Shown here: positions 1 through 10,269 of the stretch, piece by piece | Position numbering within the stretch: the stretch's first letter is position 1 | How the letters are laid out: each line of letters starts with the position of its first letter | Assembly: GCA_025927835.1 (NCBI GenBank) | Contig: JAICKR010000003.1 | Span: 32-64,031 of the forward strand | Reading direction: 5' to 3' | DNA: 64,000 nt | DNA from: Jatrophihabitans sp. | GTDB taxonomy: Bacteria > Actinomycetota > Actinomycetes > Mycobacteriales > Jatrophihabitantaceae | Program-made: the position numbers and the translations under genes | Notes under the pieces: generated by a model | The model's database searches: none | What the model saw: the letters and a program-made list of their open reading frames with translations, nothing else | Told to the model about the DNA's origin: nothing

Positions 1-272
1 TAGACGGCGACCGCGAGCGTCTTCTTGGCCTGGTCCTGACCCACGACGTAGCCGTTGAGGAAGTCGTAGATCTCGTTCGGCTTGGGCAGCTCGTCGAAGC
101 TGAACTCGCTCGTCTCGGCGAGCTCCTCTTCGATGATCTCGTTGCAGAGGTCGATGCACTCGTCGCAGATGTACACGCCGGGCCCGGCGATCAGCTTCTT
201 GACCTGCTTCTGGCTCTTGCCACAGAACGAGCACTTGAGCAGGTCGCCGGTCTCGCCGACACGTGGTGCCAC
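1..272 (-). CDS. clpX: ATP-dependent Clp protease ATP-binding subunit ClpX (5' part; runs off the window)
   Basis: Minus strand reads [50 protein letters not shown] (C4 zinc finger); downstream of clpP2. Confidence 0.97.
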   Translation of the reverse strand, partial: MAPRVGETGDLLKCSFCGKSQKQVKKLIAGPGVYICDECIDLCNEIIEEELAETSEFSFDELPKPNEIYDFLNGYVVGQDQAKKTLAVAV

Positions 273-437
273 GGGCGACACTCCCTCACTAAGTCTCTGC
301 CTGTCAGGCCCTCTGGTGCCGAGCTAGTACCGGTCGGTAGCAGCGCGAATAAACCGCCGAGAACCCGCACGCTACCCGTAATTGCCCGGGAAGTCCGCTG
401 CAAAGGTCCCGAGTGTCGCCACGGCCTGTCGCAATCG

Positions 438-1076
438 TTACGCGTCCGGAACCATCTTCCGGGACGTGATCACCTCGTCGACGATCCCGTATTCCTTGGC
501 CTGTTCGGCGGTCAGGATGGTGTCGCGCTCGATGTCGGCGTGCACCTTCTCGACCGACTGCCCGGTGTGGTTGGACAGGATCTGCTCGAGCAGATCGCGC
601 ATCCGCAGGATCTCGCGGGCCTGGATCTCGAGGTCCGAGATCTGCTGGGCGCCTTCGGTGCCGCCGGACGGCTGGTGGATGAGGATCCGCGCGTTCTGCA
701 GCGCGAACCGCTTGCCCTTGGTGCCCGCGGCCAGCAGGACGGCCGCCGCCGAGGCGGCCTGCCCCATGCAGATCGTCTGGATCTCGGGACGGACGTATTG
801 CAGCGTGTCGTAGATGGCGGTCAGTGCTGTGAACGAACCGCCCGGGGAGTTGATGTAGATCTGGATGTCGCGGTCGGGATCGGTCGACTCGAGCACGATG
901 AGCTGCGCCATGACGTCGTTGGCGACGACGTCGTCGATCGGGGCGCCGAGGAAGATGATGCGTTCCTCGAACAGCTTGTTGTAGGGATTCGACTCCTTGA
1001 TCCCGTAGTTCGTCCGCTCGACGAAGGACGGCAGGACGTAGCGGGACTCGGGGCCACTGGGCGTGTACAGGTTCAT
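438..1076 (-). CDS. clpP2: Clp protease proteolytic subunit 2
   Basis: [24 protein letters not shown] motifs; start taken at MNLYTP. Confidence 0.95.
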   Translation of the reverse strand: MNLYTPSGPESRYVLPSFVERTNYGIKESNPYNKLFEERIIFLGAPIDDVVANDVMAQLIVLESTDPDRDIQIYINSPGGSFTALTAIYDTLQYVRPEIQTICMGQAASAAAVLLAAGTKGKRFALQNARILIHQPSGGTEGAQQISDLEIQAREILRMRDLLEQILSNHTGQSVEKVHADIERDTILTAEQAKEYGIVDEVITSRKMVPDA

Positions 1077-1084
1077 CGGGGCTC

Positions 1085-1735
1085 CTACTCCGGGGTGACG
1101 TTGCCGGCGGGCACATCGCTGACGCGGCTCACGATGTGGTCGATGAACCCGTAATCGAGCGCTTCCTTCGCGGTGAACCAGCGGTCGCGGTCGCCGTCCT
1201 TCAGGATCTGCTCGACGGTCTGGCCGGTGTGCTCGGCAGTGATCTCGGCCATCTCCTGCTTGGTGAGGTTCCACTGCTCGGCCTGGATCTTGATGTCGGA
1301 CGCGGTACCGCCCAGGCCGGCCGAGCCCTGGTGCATGAGGATGCGCGAGTGCGGCAGGGCGTAGCGCTTACCGCGGGTGCCGGCCGAGAGCAGGAACTGC
1401 CCCATCGAGGCCGAGAGGCCGAGCGACCAGGTCGCGACATCGCAGTCGATGAGTTCCATCGTGTCGAAGATGGCCATGCCCGCGGTCACCGAACCGCCGG
1501 GGCTGTTGATGTAGAGGTTGATGTCGCGAGTCGGGTCCTCGGCCGACAGCAGGAGCAGCTGCGCGCAGATCTGGTTCGCGATCGTGTCGTCGACGGGCTG
1601 GCCGAGGAAGATGATGCGCTCGCGCAGCAGCCGGTCGTAGACGGAGTCGTTGAGCGTCATGCCCGCGCCCGGCGTACGCATCTCGACAATGCGCATCGGC
1701 TGCGGATCGAAGCGGCTACCCATCAATGCCTCCAT
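1085..1735 (-). CDS. clpP1: Clp protease proteolytic subunit 1
   Basis: [39 protein letters not shown] motifs. Confidence 0.95.
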   Translation of the reverse strand: MEALMGSRFDPQPMRIVEMRTPGAGMTLNDSVYDRLLRERIIFLGQPVDDTIANQICAQLLLLSAEDPTRDINLYINSPGGSVTAGMAIFDTMELIDCDVATWSLGLSASMGQFLLSAGTRGKRYALPHSRILMHQGSAGLGGTASDIKIQAEQWNLTKQEMAEITAEHTGQTVEQILKDGDRDRWFTAKEALDYGFIDHIVSRVSDVPAGNVTPE

Positions 1736-1818
1736 GCTGGTTCACGCTGCTGCTGTGCTGGTACGACGACATCGACACTAACGAAGCGAGGGACGCGTCG
1801 ACTCCCGATTGCGCCCAC

Positions 1819-1832
1819 GTTCGCTCAGGGCG
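1819..1832. promoter_or_regulatory. Probable ClgR operator upstream of clpP1P2
   Basis: GTTCGC-TCAGG-GCG matches the actinobacterial ClgR motif GTTCGC-N5-GCG in the tig-clpP1 gap. Confidence 0.7.
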
Positions 1833-1844
1833 TGACGGGCCGGC

Positions 1845-3224
1845 TCACTCGTCGTCGACGTCGTCCTCGACCGGCGGGTCGCCGAACTCGGCCGCCATCT
1901 CGGCGGCGAGGGTCGCGTTCAGGTCGACCGCGTTGCCCGAGGCGTCGGTGACCTTCGCGTTCTCGAGCAGCCCGGCCAGCGCCTTGTTGCGCCGGATGTC
2001 GGCCACCAGCGCGGGCAGGGTTCCCGCCTGCATGACCTGGTTGGCGAACTCCTGCGGTGCCATCTGGTAGCGCGCCGCCTGCTGCACCAGGTACTGGGTG
2101 AGCTCGGCGTCGCCGATCTGGACCTCGGTCTTGTTCGCGACCTCGTCGAGAAGGAACTGGGCGCGCACCGACTTCTCGGCCGCCTCGCGCAGCTCGGCGG
2201 TGAACTCGTCGCGGGTCTTGCCCTGCGCCTCGAGATAGCGGTCGAAGAGGGCGTCGTCGTGGCCCAGCGAGTGGACGATGTCGTGCTCGCGCGCGTCGAC
2301 CTCGGCCTTGACCGCGGATTCGGGCAGCGGGAACTCGACGGTGGCGATGAGCTGCTCGAGCAGCTTGTCCCGCGCCTGGGCACCCTGCTCGAGGACCTTC
2401 ACCCGACCCAGCCGGGCGCGCAGGTCGTCGCGCAGCTCGGCGACGGTGTCGAACTCGCTGGCCAGCTGGGCGAACTCGTCGTCGACCTCGGGCAGCTCCT
2501 TGACCTTCACCGAGTTGATCGTCGCGGTCACCTCGGCGTCCTTGCCGGCGTGCTCGCCCTGTTTGAGGTCGGTGGTGAACGTCGCGGTGTCGCCGGCCGA
2601 CTTGCCGGTGACGGCTTCGTCCAGCCCGTCGACGAGGTCGCCGGACCCGACGACGTAGGACAGCCCCTTCGCGCCGCCGCCCTCGACCTCGCCGCCGTCC
2701 ACGGAGGTGGCGATGTCGACGGACAGGTAGTCGCCGGTCTCGGCAGGGCGCTCGACCGTCTTGAGCGTGCCGAACCGGTCACGCAATTCGGAGAGCTGCT
2801 CCTCGACGTCCTCGTCGGTGACCGTCGTGTCGTCGACGGTCACCGCGATGCCGTCGAGCTCGGGCAGCGCGATCTCGGGCCGGACGTCGACCTCGGCGGT
2901 GAATGCGAGCGATCCGTCGGCCGAATCATCCAGGTTGGTGATATCGATATCCGGCTGGCCGAGCGGCTGCAGCTCGTGCTCGCGCGCCGCGTCGGTGTAG
3001 AGGCGCGGCAGCGCCTCGTTGACGGCCTCCTGCAGCACCGCGCCACGGCCCACGCGCTGGTCGATGATGCGCGCCGGCACCTTGCCGGGACGGAAGCCCG
3101 GCACCCGGACCTGGGACGCAATCGCCTTGTACGCCGCATCCAGGCTCGGCTTGAGGTCGTCGAAGGGCACCTCGACGGCGAGCCGGACGCGGGTCGGGCT
3201 CAGGTTCTCGACAGTGCTCTTCAC
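1845..3224 (-). CDS. tig: Trigger factor
   Basis: VKSTVENLSPTRVRL start, GFRPGKVP ribosome-binding signature, synteny with clpP. Confidence 0.97.
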   Translation of the reverse strand: MKSTVENLSPTRVRLAVEVPFDDLKPSLDAAYKAIASQVRVPGFRPGKVPARIIDQRVGRGAVLQEAVNEALPRLYTDAAREHELQPLGQPDIDITNLDDSADGSLAFTAEVDVRPEIALPELDGIAVTVDDTTVTDEDVEEQLSELRDRFGTLKTVERPAETGDYLSVDIATSVDGGEVEGGGAKGLSYVVGSGDLVDGLDEAVTGKSAGDTATFTTDLKQGEHAGKDAEVTATINSVKVKELPEVDDEFAQLASEFDTVAELRDDLRARLGRVKVLEQGAQARDKLLEQLIATVEFPLPESAVKAEVDAREHDIVHSLGHDDALFDRYLEAQGKTRDEFTAELREAAEKSVRAQFLLDEVANKTEVQIGDAELTQYLVQQAARYQMAPQEFANQVMQAGTLPALVADIRRNKALAGLLENAKVTDASGNAVDLNATLAAEMAAEFGDPPVEDDVDDE

Positions 3225-3295
3225 GTGCGGGTACTCCTCGACGACACGAGATCTGGGCGGTCCGGCAAGTCTATGCGCCGGTCGCCACAGCACGT

Positions 3296-3337
3296 TGTCC
3301 GCCCGTCCCGCCGCTATGACGGCAGGACGGGCGGACA
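3296..3337 (-). terminator. Intrinsic terminator-like hairpin after the secreted-protein gene
   Basis: 18-bp inverted repeat TGTCCGCCCGTCCCGCCG / CGGCAGGACGGGCGGACA; the single mismatch is a G-U pair on the minus strand. Confidence 0.7.
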
Positions 3338-3356
3338 TTATTCGAGGCTTCGCGGG

Positions 3357-4523
3357 CTACCCGATGACGAGCAGCGAGCCGTGCGCCGTGCTGGGGTTCA
3401 GTACCCCGTCGCCGGCGAACCTCGCCGTGTAACCGAGGGTCAGCACGCTCTTCACCACTGCGAACAACAGCCCGCCGCAGGCGGCGACACCGTTGAGGTT
3501 CGTGATGCCGACGCACACGACGTGGTTGGCCACCGTGAACACGATCGGCTCACCGACGACCGGGTTGCCGGCCGAGGTGGTCAGCCGCGCGCTGAGCGTC
3601 AGCGTGATACGCAGCCCGGGCAGGATGTGCGCGATCGACGGGTAGGCCTTGAGCACCGTGTTGGTGGCGGCCTGCACGCTGATCGCTGCCTGGCCGAACG
3701 GGCACGGGGCGGACAGCGAGAAGACGTTCGTCGCCGGCGGGGCGCAGGTCGCGCCCGCGTAGGACGTGTTCAGGTACCAGCCGGGCACCGTGAACGCCCC
3801 GATCGTCGGCGCCGGGTTCAGCGCCACGTTCAGCGAGTCGTAGCCGCAGCCGCCCGGGGAGGTCGTGCACGCCGCCGGACCGATCGGTGCTGCGCCGTAG
3901 TGGGTCGTGTTGTACGCGACGCTCATCACGACGTGGGCCGGCGTGAGGTGACCGGTGAACGCGAAGCGGATCGAGGTCGCGAAGCCGTTGAAGCAGGTGT
4001 TGGACGACGCGTCGTACCACTCGCCCAGCTGGTCGCCGGTGCAGTGCACGTCGTCCTTCGACGGCCGGAACGGGATGTTGAACGTCTTCGTCTGGGTCAT
4101 CAGCAGGGCGCCGGGCGGGCTGCCGGGGGTCGCCGACCCGGCCGCGTAGATGTTGAGCGTGATGTCGTGCGCGAACGTCGCACCGGGCGTCGTCACGCAG
4201 CTGTCGTTCGTCCAGCTGCCGGCCTCGCAGCCCCAGCTGCTCATCAACACGGTCACGACCGGGTTGGTGAGGTTGCCGTGCGTCATGGAGATCCCGGAAC
4301 CGAACTCGGACACCGACTGGGCCTCGAACGCCTCGCTGGCGACATTGCCGGGTGTCGGGTGCGGGGCGTTGTCGTACACCACGCCCGCGTTGTTCACGGT
4401 CACCGGCGGCGGGCCTGCCGCGGACCCGCTTGCGGGTGCCAGCGTCAGCGCGGCCACGACGGCCGCACATGTCGCGACAACCGTCGCCGGCACTCGAAGT
4501 GCCTTACCTGCAGTACGCATCAC
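3357..4523 (-). CDS. Secreted protein with C-terminal Ig-like domain
   Basis: Signal peptide, several paired Cys, C-terminal LSARLT...PVVGEPIVFT...YTARFAGD Ig-like pattern; GGAGGAG RBS. Confidence 0.75.
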   Translation of the reverse strand: MMRTAGKALRVPATVVATCAAVVAALTLAPASGSAAGPPPVTVNNAGVVYDNAPHPTPGNVASEAFEAQSVSEFGSGISMTHGNLTNPVVTVLMSSWGCEAGSWTNDSCVTTPGATFAHDITLNIYAAGSATPGSPPGALLMTQTKTFNIPFRPSKDDVHCTGDQLGEWYDASSNTCFNGFATSIRFAFTGHLTPAHVVMSVAYNTTHYGAAPIGPAACTTSPGGCGYDSLNVALNPAPTIGAFTVPGWYLNTSYAGATCAPPATNVFSLSAPCPFGQAAISVQAATNTVLKAYPSIAHILPGLRITLTLSARLTTSAGNPVVGEPIVFTVANHVVCVGITNLNGVAACGGLLFAVVKSVLTLGYTARFAGDGVLNPSTAHGSLLVIG

Positions 4524-4694
4524 GTTCCTGCTCCTCCCCTTGGTGGCTGGACCGCGTTGGTGGCTGGGCCTATGTGCCGCACGGTTCGCCGGGGTGGGGA
4601 GGTCGTCAATTCGAGTGCGCGGTTTCGGCGGCTTCGGGCTGAATGCGGCTTCGAAACGCGTGAGATGGCCGTGTAAGGACGGGCGTTAGCTGCG

Positions 4695-4768
4695 TCGGGG
4701 TGGCGGGATTTGAACCCACGGCCCCTCGCTCCCAAAGCGAGTGCGCTACCAAACTGCGCCACACCCCG
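4695..4768 (-). tRNA. tRNA-Pro (anticodon TGG), CCA not encoded
   Basis: CGGGGTGTGGCGCAGTTTGGTAGCGCACTCGCTTTGGGAGCGAGGGGCCGTGGGTTCAAATCCCGCCACCCCGA cloverleaf. Confidence 0.97.
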
Positions 4769-4800
4769 GGCCTGTGCCCCGCCAGCCTATCGGCGTTCGC

Positions 4801-5697
4801 CTAACCCGCGGGCGGCGCCGCGCTCCACGCGAGCAGGGCCGCGCCGTGCACACCGACGTCGGCACCGAGCGTCGACATCGCGAGTTCGGGCGGCGTGCGC
4901 CACGGCAGCCGGGTGGTGAGGGCGGCCGCGACGGGTGCGCGCAGCGCCTCGCCCGCGATGGCGAGGCCGCCGGCCAGCACGACGAGGGACGGGTCCACCA
5001 CGAGCGTGCACTGCGCCAGGACCGTCGCCAGCGCGTCGGTGGCCTCGGCCCACACCTGCGCCGCGGCCGGGTCGACGGCCTGCCGGGCCACGACCTCCTC
5101 GGCCGGCAGCGCCGCGCCGGTCAACGCGCCGTACCGTCGCGCCACAGCCGCGCCCGAGGCGTAGCGCTCCAGACAACCGCGCTGTCCGCACGGGCACGGT
5201 TCGCCGTTCGGCACGACGCACACGTGACCGACCTCGCCCGCCATGCCCGCCCCGCCCCACATCGGCTGCCCGCCGGTGACGATCACCGCCGAGATGCCGG
5301 TGCCGAGCATGACGATCATGCAGTCGGGCACGCCCCTGGCGCGCCCGACACTGCGCTCGGCGAGCCCGGCGCCGCGCACGTCGTTGTCGATGCGCACCGG
5401 CAGCGCGAGATCGGACTGCAGGAGAGCGACCAGCGGCTCGTCCCGCCAGCCCAGGTTCGCCGCGTAGCGCGCGACTCCGGCGGCCGGGTCGACGATGCCG
5501 GGCACGACCACACCCGCCGCGACGACGTCGGCGTCGTGCAGCCACGCGGCCACCTCACGGATGGTGGCCACCACGGCGCCGGCACCGGCCGACACCGGCG
5601 TCGCCACGCGGTGCCGGTCGAGCACCTCGCCCGATTCGGCGACCCGCGCCGCCTTGATCGACGTGCCGCCGACGTCGATCGCAATGACCGTCCGCAC
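4801..5697 (-). CDS. ROK-family sugar kinase
   Basis: IDVGGTSIK, IDNDV, GEVGH, CPCGQRGCLE motifs. Confidence 0.92.
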   Translation of the reverse strand: MRTVIAIDVGGTSIKAARVAESGEVLDRHRVATPVSAGAGAVVATIREVAAWLHDADVVAAGVVVPGIVDPAAGVARYAANLGWRDEPLVALLQSDLALPVRIDNDVRGAGLAERSVGRARGVPDCMIVMLGTGISAVIVTGGQPMWGGAGMAGEVGHVCVVPNGEPCPCGQRGCLERYASGAAVARRYGALTGAALPAEEVVARQAVDPAAAQVWAEATDALATVLAQCTLVVDPSLVVLAGGLAIAGEALRAPVAAALTTRLPWRTPPELAMSTLGADVGVHGAALLAWSAAPPAG

Positions 5698-5721
5698 CCG
5701 TGCTCCCTTACGTTCCGTGAA

Positions 5722-5737
5722 ATTTGTCTATACCATT
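5722..5737. promoter_or_regulatory. DasR/NagR-type dre site
   Basis: AATGGTATAGACAAAT (minus strand) resembles the dre consensus; lies between divergent amino-sugar genes. Confidence 0.65.
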
Positions 5738-5781
5738 GCGGCGCCGTCGTCAAAAGAGGCACGAGGAGCAAGGGAGAGGCT

Positions 5782-6780
5782 ATGCCGGGCGAGCTCATGG
5801 CCGCCGAAATCGCCGAGCAGCCGGGCGTGCTCGCGCGGCTGCTCGACCTCGGCGCCGCCCCGGCCGCCGACGCGCGTGCGGCGATCGTGCGCGCCGCGCC
5901 GCGCTTCGTGGTCCTCGCCGCGCGCGGCACGAGCGATCACGCCGCGCTGTACGCGAAGTACCTGACCGAGGTGCACCTGCAGCTGCCCGCCGGGCTGGCC
6001 TCGCCGTCCGCGTTCACGGTGTACGGCGCGCGTCCCGACATGCGCGACGTGCTGTTCCTCGCGGTGAGCCAGTCCGGGGGCTCCCCGGACCTGGTGCAGT
6101 CGACCGAGGTCGCGCGGGCATGCGGCGCGCTCACGATCGCGGTCACCAACAATCCCGGCTCGTCCCTGGCCGCTGCGGCCGCGCACCACGTGCCGGTGCA
6201 CGCCGGCCCCGAGCGGGCCGTGGCCGCGACGAAGACCTACACCGCCGAGTTGCTCGCGCTCTATTTGTTGCTCGTCGGCGAGGACGCCTCGGCGCTGCCC
6301 GACGCCGCGGCCGGCACGCTCGCCCACGCGGACGCGGCGCACCGGGCCGCGAGCCGGTTCGCGCTCGTCGACCGGCTCGTCACCACCGCGCGCGGGTACT
6401 CCTACCCCACCGCACGCGAGGGCGCGCTCAAGCTCATGGAGACCTCCTACCTCGCGGCGCAGGCGTTCTCCGGCGCCGACCTGCTGCACGGCCCGCTCGC
6501 GATGCTCGGCCCGGACGTCCCGGTCATCGCGGTGACGACGCCGGGACGCGGTTCGGCCGCGCTGGCTCCGGTGCTCGAGCGGCTCGCCGCGGCAGACGTG
6601 GACGTGCTTCGCGTCGGCCCGCCGGACGGACTCCCGGTCGAGTCCGCGGGCGTGCCGGAGCCGCTCGCGCCGATACTGGAGATCCTGCCGCTGCAACAAC
6701 TGGCCTGGCGGCTCGCGATCGACCGCGGCGGCGACCCGGACCGCCCGCGCGGACTCAGCAAGGTGACCGAGACATGGTGA
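5782..6780 (+). CDS. SIS-domain protein (GlmS C-terminal-like glucosamine-6-phosphate deaminase/isomerase)
   Basis: ARGTSDHA, SQSGGS, VAATKTY, EGALKLMET, HGP, LSKVTET motifs; AGGGAGAGG RBS. Confidence 0.88.
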   Translation: MPGELMAAEIAEQPGVLARLLDLGAAPAADARAAIVRAAPRFVVLAARGTSDHAALYAKYLTEVHLQLPAGLASPSAFTVYGARPDMRDVLFLAVSQSGGSPDLVQSTEVARACGALTIAVTNNPGSSLAAAAAHHVPVHAGPERAVAATKTYTAELLALYLLLVGEDASALPDAAAGTLAHADAAHRAASRFALVDRLVTTARGYSYPTAREGALKLMETSYLAAQAFSGADLLHGPLAMLGPDVPVIAVTTPGRGSAALAPVLERLAAADVDVLRVGPPDGLPVESAGVPEPLAPILEILPLQQLAWRLAIDRGGDPDRPRGLSKVTETW

Positions 6781-7637
6781 ACGGGCCGGCGCACGACCCG
6801 CAGCTCGACCAGCTGCCGCTCGACACGGTCGTCGACCTGCTGCTCGACGCCGAGGCGCGCGTGGTGCCCGCGCTGCGCCGGGCGGCACCGGAACTCGGCA
6901 AGGCGGCCGGCGTGCTGCACGACGTGATAGCCGGTGGTGGCCGGCTGGTGTTCACCGGCGCCGGGACGTCGGGCCGGCTCGCCGCGGCCGAGGCGGCCGA
7001 GCTGCCCGGCACCTTCGGCATCGACCCCGCGCGCTGCCTGACGCACATCGCCGGCGCGGACTCCGCGCTGATCGACGATGCCGCCGAGGACGACGCCGAC
7101 GGGGGCGCGCACGGCATCCGCGTGGCGCAGCTGGGAGCGGGAGACGTGGTCGTCGCAGTCGCGGCGAGCGGGCGAACGCCGTTCACCGTGGCGGCGGCCG
7201 AGACGGCGCTCGAAGCCGGCGCCGCGGTGATCGCGGTCGTCACGACCGCGAACACCCCGCTCGCGACGCTCGCGACGGCATCGGTCGAGATCGAGATCGG
7301 CGACGAGGTGCTGCGCGGCTCGACCCGGCTCACCGCGGGCACCGCGCAGAAGATCGCGTTGAACACGCTCACCACCGCGGCGATGGCGCGCGCGGCGAAG
7401 GTGCACGGCAACCTGATGGTCGACATGGTCGCGGCCAACGCGAAGTTGCGCGATCGCGCCGCGGCGATCGTCGCGCAGATCGCCGGCCGCCCGGACGCCG
7501 ACGCGCGCACCGCGCTCAGCGCCTGCGAGGGGAACGCCCGCGCCGCGGTGCTGAACCTGGTGACCGGCTGCCCGCCGGCCGACGCCGTCCGGCGCGCGGC
7601 CGCACACCGGTCGCTACGCGCGGCCCTCGAGGGCTAG
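6774..7637 (+). CDS. murQ: N-acetylmuramic acid 6-phosphate etherase
   Basis: GAGTSGRL, AASGRTPF, GSTRLTAGTAQK, GNLMVD motifs. Confidence 0.88.
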   Translation: MVNGPAHDPQLDQLPLDTVVDLLLDAEARVVPALRRAAPELGKAAGVLHDVIAGGGRLVFTGAGTSGRLAAAEAAELPGTFGIDPARCLTHIAGADSALIDDAAEDDADGGAHGIRVAQLGAGDVVVAVAASGRTPFTVAAAETALEAGAAVIAVVTTANTPLATLATASVEIEIGDEVLRGSTRLTAGTAQKIALNTLTTAAMARAAKVHGNLMVDMVAANAKLRDRAAAIVAQIAGRPDADARTALSACEGNARAAVLNLVTGCPPADAVRRAAAHRSLRAALEG

Positions 7638-8525
7638 CTCCGCCGAACTCGCGGCAGCGCCGGCCCGCGCCGACCAGCCGCGTGTGGTGCGGACGTTGCC
7701 GATCATCCGGCACACCACGTAGATCAGGAACGAGATCGTGGTGACGTACGGGCTGATCGGGATGTTCAGGCTGCCCAGCTCGAGCAGCGTGCCGCCGACG
7801 GTCGCGGTCACCGCGAACGCCACGCTGAGGATCGGCACGAGCGCTGGTGACGCGGTGACCCGCATCGCGGCCGCGGCGGGCGTGCAGATCACGCTCAGCG
7901 CGAGCAGCGCACCGACGACCTGCACCGACATCGCGACGGTCAGCCCGAGCAGCAGCATGAACACCGGCGACAGCAGCCGCACCGGGACGCCGCGCGCCTC
8001 GGCCAGTTCCGGATCGGTGCTCGCGAACGTCAGCGGTCGCCACAGCACGAGCAGCGCGACGACCACCACGGCGGACGTCACCACGAGCGCGGTGAGCCGC
8101 GGGGTGTCGACCGCCGCGATCTGGCCGAAGAGCAACCCGAACTTGTTCGCCGCACGGCCCTTGTAGAGCGACAGGAACAGCACGCCGAGGCCGAGCCCGA
8201 ACGGCATCAGCACCCCGATGATGGAGTTGCGGTCGCGCGCCCGGCTGCCGAGCGCACCGATGAGCAGTGCGGCGACGATCGAGCCGGTGATCGCGCCGGC
8301 CACCACGCTGGCGCCGGCCAGCAGGAACCCGGCCGCACCGGCGAAGGAGAGCTCGCTCGTGCCGTGCACGGCGAACGGCAGGTCGCGCATCATCACGAAC
8401 GTGCTGATCAGCCCGCCGACGACGCCGAGCACTGCGCCGGCAACGAGCGAGTTGTGCACGAGCGCGAGCAGCTCGCCGTAGTCGGTGAAGTCGAAGATCT
8501 GCTGCCAGATGCTCGGGTCGCTCAT
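7614..8525 (-). CDS. Zn/Mn ABC transporter permease
   Basis: Multi-TM ABC-3 family pattern (HGTSELSFAG, DPELAEARG, VVGALL). Confidence 0.9.
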   Translation of the reverse strand: MSDPSIWQQIFDFTDYGELLALVHNSLVAGAVLGVVGGLISTFVMMRDLPFAVHGTSELSFAGAAGFLLAGASVVAGAITGSIVAALLIGALGSRARDRNSIIGVLMPFGLGLGVLFLSLYKGRAANKFGLLFGQIAAVDTPRLTALVVTSAVVVVALLVLWRPLTFASTDPELAEARGVPVRLLSPVFMLLLGLTVAMSVQVVGALLALSVICTPAAAAMRVTASPALVPILSVAFAVTATVGGTLLELGSLNIPISPYVTTISFLIYVVCRMIGNVRTTRGWSARAGAAASSAELALEGRA

Positions 8526-9340
8526 GCGATCGCCGTGTCGTCGTGATGGTGGTCGTGGTGCGCCTGCTCCGGCGTGTCCGGAATGCCCGCGACGAGGATC
8601 CGCCCGCCGACGTGCACGACCTCTATCGGAGCGTCGAACAGCTCGCTCAGGGTTGCCGAGTTGAGCACCTCGTCGACGGTGCCGATGCGGAACCGGCCCC
8701 CGGCCAGGTAGAGCACCCGGTCGACGTAGGGCAGCACGGGGTTGATCTCGTGCGTCACGAACAGCACCGCGGTGTCGCGCTCGCGGCGGCGGCGGTCGAC
8801 GAGTGAGGTGACGATGCGCTGGCTCGGCAGGTCGAGGGAGAGCAGCGGCTCGTCGCAGAGCAGCAGCGGGGGGTCGGCGACGAGCGCCTGCGCGATGCGC
8901 ACCCGCTGCTGCTCGCCACCGGACAGCAGCCCGATCGGCATATGCGCGTACTCGCCTGCCCCGACCGCGTGCAGCGCCGCGTCGACCTTCGCGCGCCGGT
9001 CCGGCCGCGGCAGGCTGATGCCCCAGTGATGCCCGTCCAAACCCTGCCCGACGACGTCGCGTGCACGTAGCGGCGTCAGCGGGTCGATGCGTCGCTGCTG
9101 CGGGACGTAGCCGATGTCTTCGCTGCCGCGGCGCACCGGCCGGTAGGCGACCTCGACCCGTCCGGCGCTGAGCGGCTGCAGACCGAGGATCGCGCGGATC
9201 AGGCTCGTCTTACCCGACCCGTTCGCCCCGAGGACAGCGACGAACTCTCTCGCGGCGACGTCGAGGTCGAGGCCCGACCACAGCGTGCGCCGGCCGTAGC
9301 CGAGCGCGGCGCCGGTCAGCCGCAACACGGAGTCGGACAT
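8522..9340 (-). CDS. Zn/Mn ABC transporter ATP-binding protein
   Basis: GANGSGKT, LSGGEQQR, LLCDEP, His-rich C-terminus. Confidence 0.92.
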   Translation of the reverse strand: MSDSVLRLTGAALGYGRRTLWSGLDLDVAAREFVAVLGANGSGKTSLIRAILGLQPLSAGRVEVAYRPVRRGSEDIGYVPQQRRIDPLTPLRARDVVGQGLDGHHWGISLPRPDRRAKVDAALHAVGAGEYAHMPIGLLSGGEQQRVRIAQALVADPPLLLCDEPLLSLDLPSQRIVTSLVDRRRRERDTAVLFVTHEINPVLPYVDRVLYLAGGRFRIGTVDEVLNSATLSELFDAPIEVVHVGGRILVAGIPDTPEQAHHDHHHDDTAIA

Positions 9341-9345
9341 GCCCG

Positions 9346-10260
9346 TCACCTCTTGCCCAGTGCGGTGGCGAGTGCGTCGAGTTGCGCATCCATCCACGAG
9401 TAGTAGGTCTTGCCGGCCGGCAGCGTCTCGGTGACCGGCACGATCGGGACACCCGCGGATCGCGCCGCCGACATGATGCGGTCGGTCTGCGGGCCGGTCG
9501 TCTGGGCGTTGTAGACCAAAGCGCGCACCCGGTGTCCGCTGAACAGGCCGAGCGTGTCCTGCAGGACGCGCGGCGACACGTCGGTGCCGTCCTCGACGGC
9601 CTCGCTGAAGTCGGTCGGGGTGCGGTTGTCGAGGCCGCATGCCTGGAGCAGGTAGAGCGGCACCACCTCGGTCACCGCCACGCCGTCGCCGCCGTAGTCC
9701 GCCCTGAGCTGCCGCTCGCGTTCCTCGAGCGCGGCGAGGCGGCGGGCGAAGGCGCGGTCGTTCGCGCGATAGGTCGCTGCGTCCGCTCGATCGCGCGAGA
9801 CGAGGAACTCGGTGACGCGGTTCGCGATGCGTGCGACGGTCGGGACGTCGTACCAGACGTGCTCGTTGAGCGACCCGTCCACGGACCTCTTGCCGGACAC
9901 CGTGACCGCGTTGATGACCTCGGCGGAACCGCCGGCCGCGTCCCGCAATGTGTTCATGAAGCCGTCGTAGCCGCCGCCGTTCTCGATGACGAGGTCGGCC
10001 TTGGAGATCGCGAGCTGGTCACGGACGCTCGCCTCGTAGGAGTGCGGGTCGGCGGTGGCGCTGTTGATGAACGAGGAAATGACGACCTTCGACCCGGCCA
10101 GCCCGCCCGCGATCTGGCTGACCACATCGCTCCACACATCGGTGGCGGCCACCACCCGCACGGCCCCCGGGGCGCCCTGCGCCGACGAACTGCAGCCGCC
10201 GCTCACGACCGCGCACGCACTCAGCGCAGCCGCGGCAAGCAGTCGACGCACGTCCCGCAC
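9346..10260 (-). CDS. Zn/Mn ABC transporter substrate-binding lipoprotein
   Basis: Lipoprotein-like signal, DPHSYE, NEHVWYD motifs. Confidence 0.9.
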   Translation of the reverse strand: MRDVRRLLAAAALSACAVVSGGCSSSAQGAPGAVRVVAATDVWSDVVSQIAGGLAGSKVVISSFINSATADPHSYEASVRDQLAISKADLVIENGGGYDGFMNTLRDAAGGSAEVINAVTVSGKRSVDGSLNEHVWYDVPTVARIANRVTEFLVSRDRADAATYRANDRAFARRLAALEERERQLRADYGGDGVAVTEVVPLYLLQACGLDNRTPTDFSEAVEDGTDVSPRVLQDTLGLFSGHRVRALVYNAQTTGPQTDRIMSAARSAGVPIVPVTETLPAGKTYYSWMDAQLDALATALGKR

Positions 10261-10269
10261 CTCTCGCTA

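Noticed and set aside
2259-4676. 805-aa plus-strand ORF and many other long antisense or alternative-frame ORFs
   Set aside because: Shadow ORFs expected at this GC content; Arg/Gly/Pro-rich with no motifs, overlapping clear genes
4695-4768. tRNA-Pro or tRNA-Sec as an integration site of a genomic island
   Set aside because: No integrase and no duplicated tRNA 3' end were seen in the window
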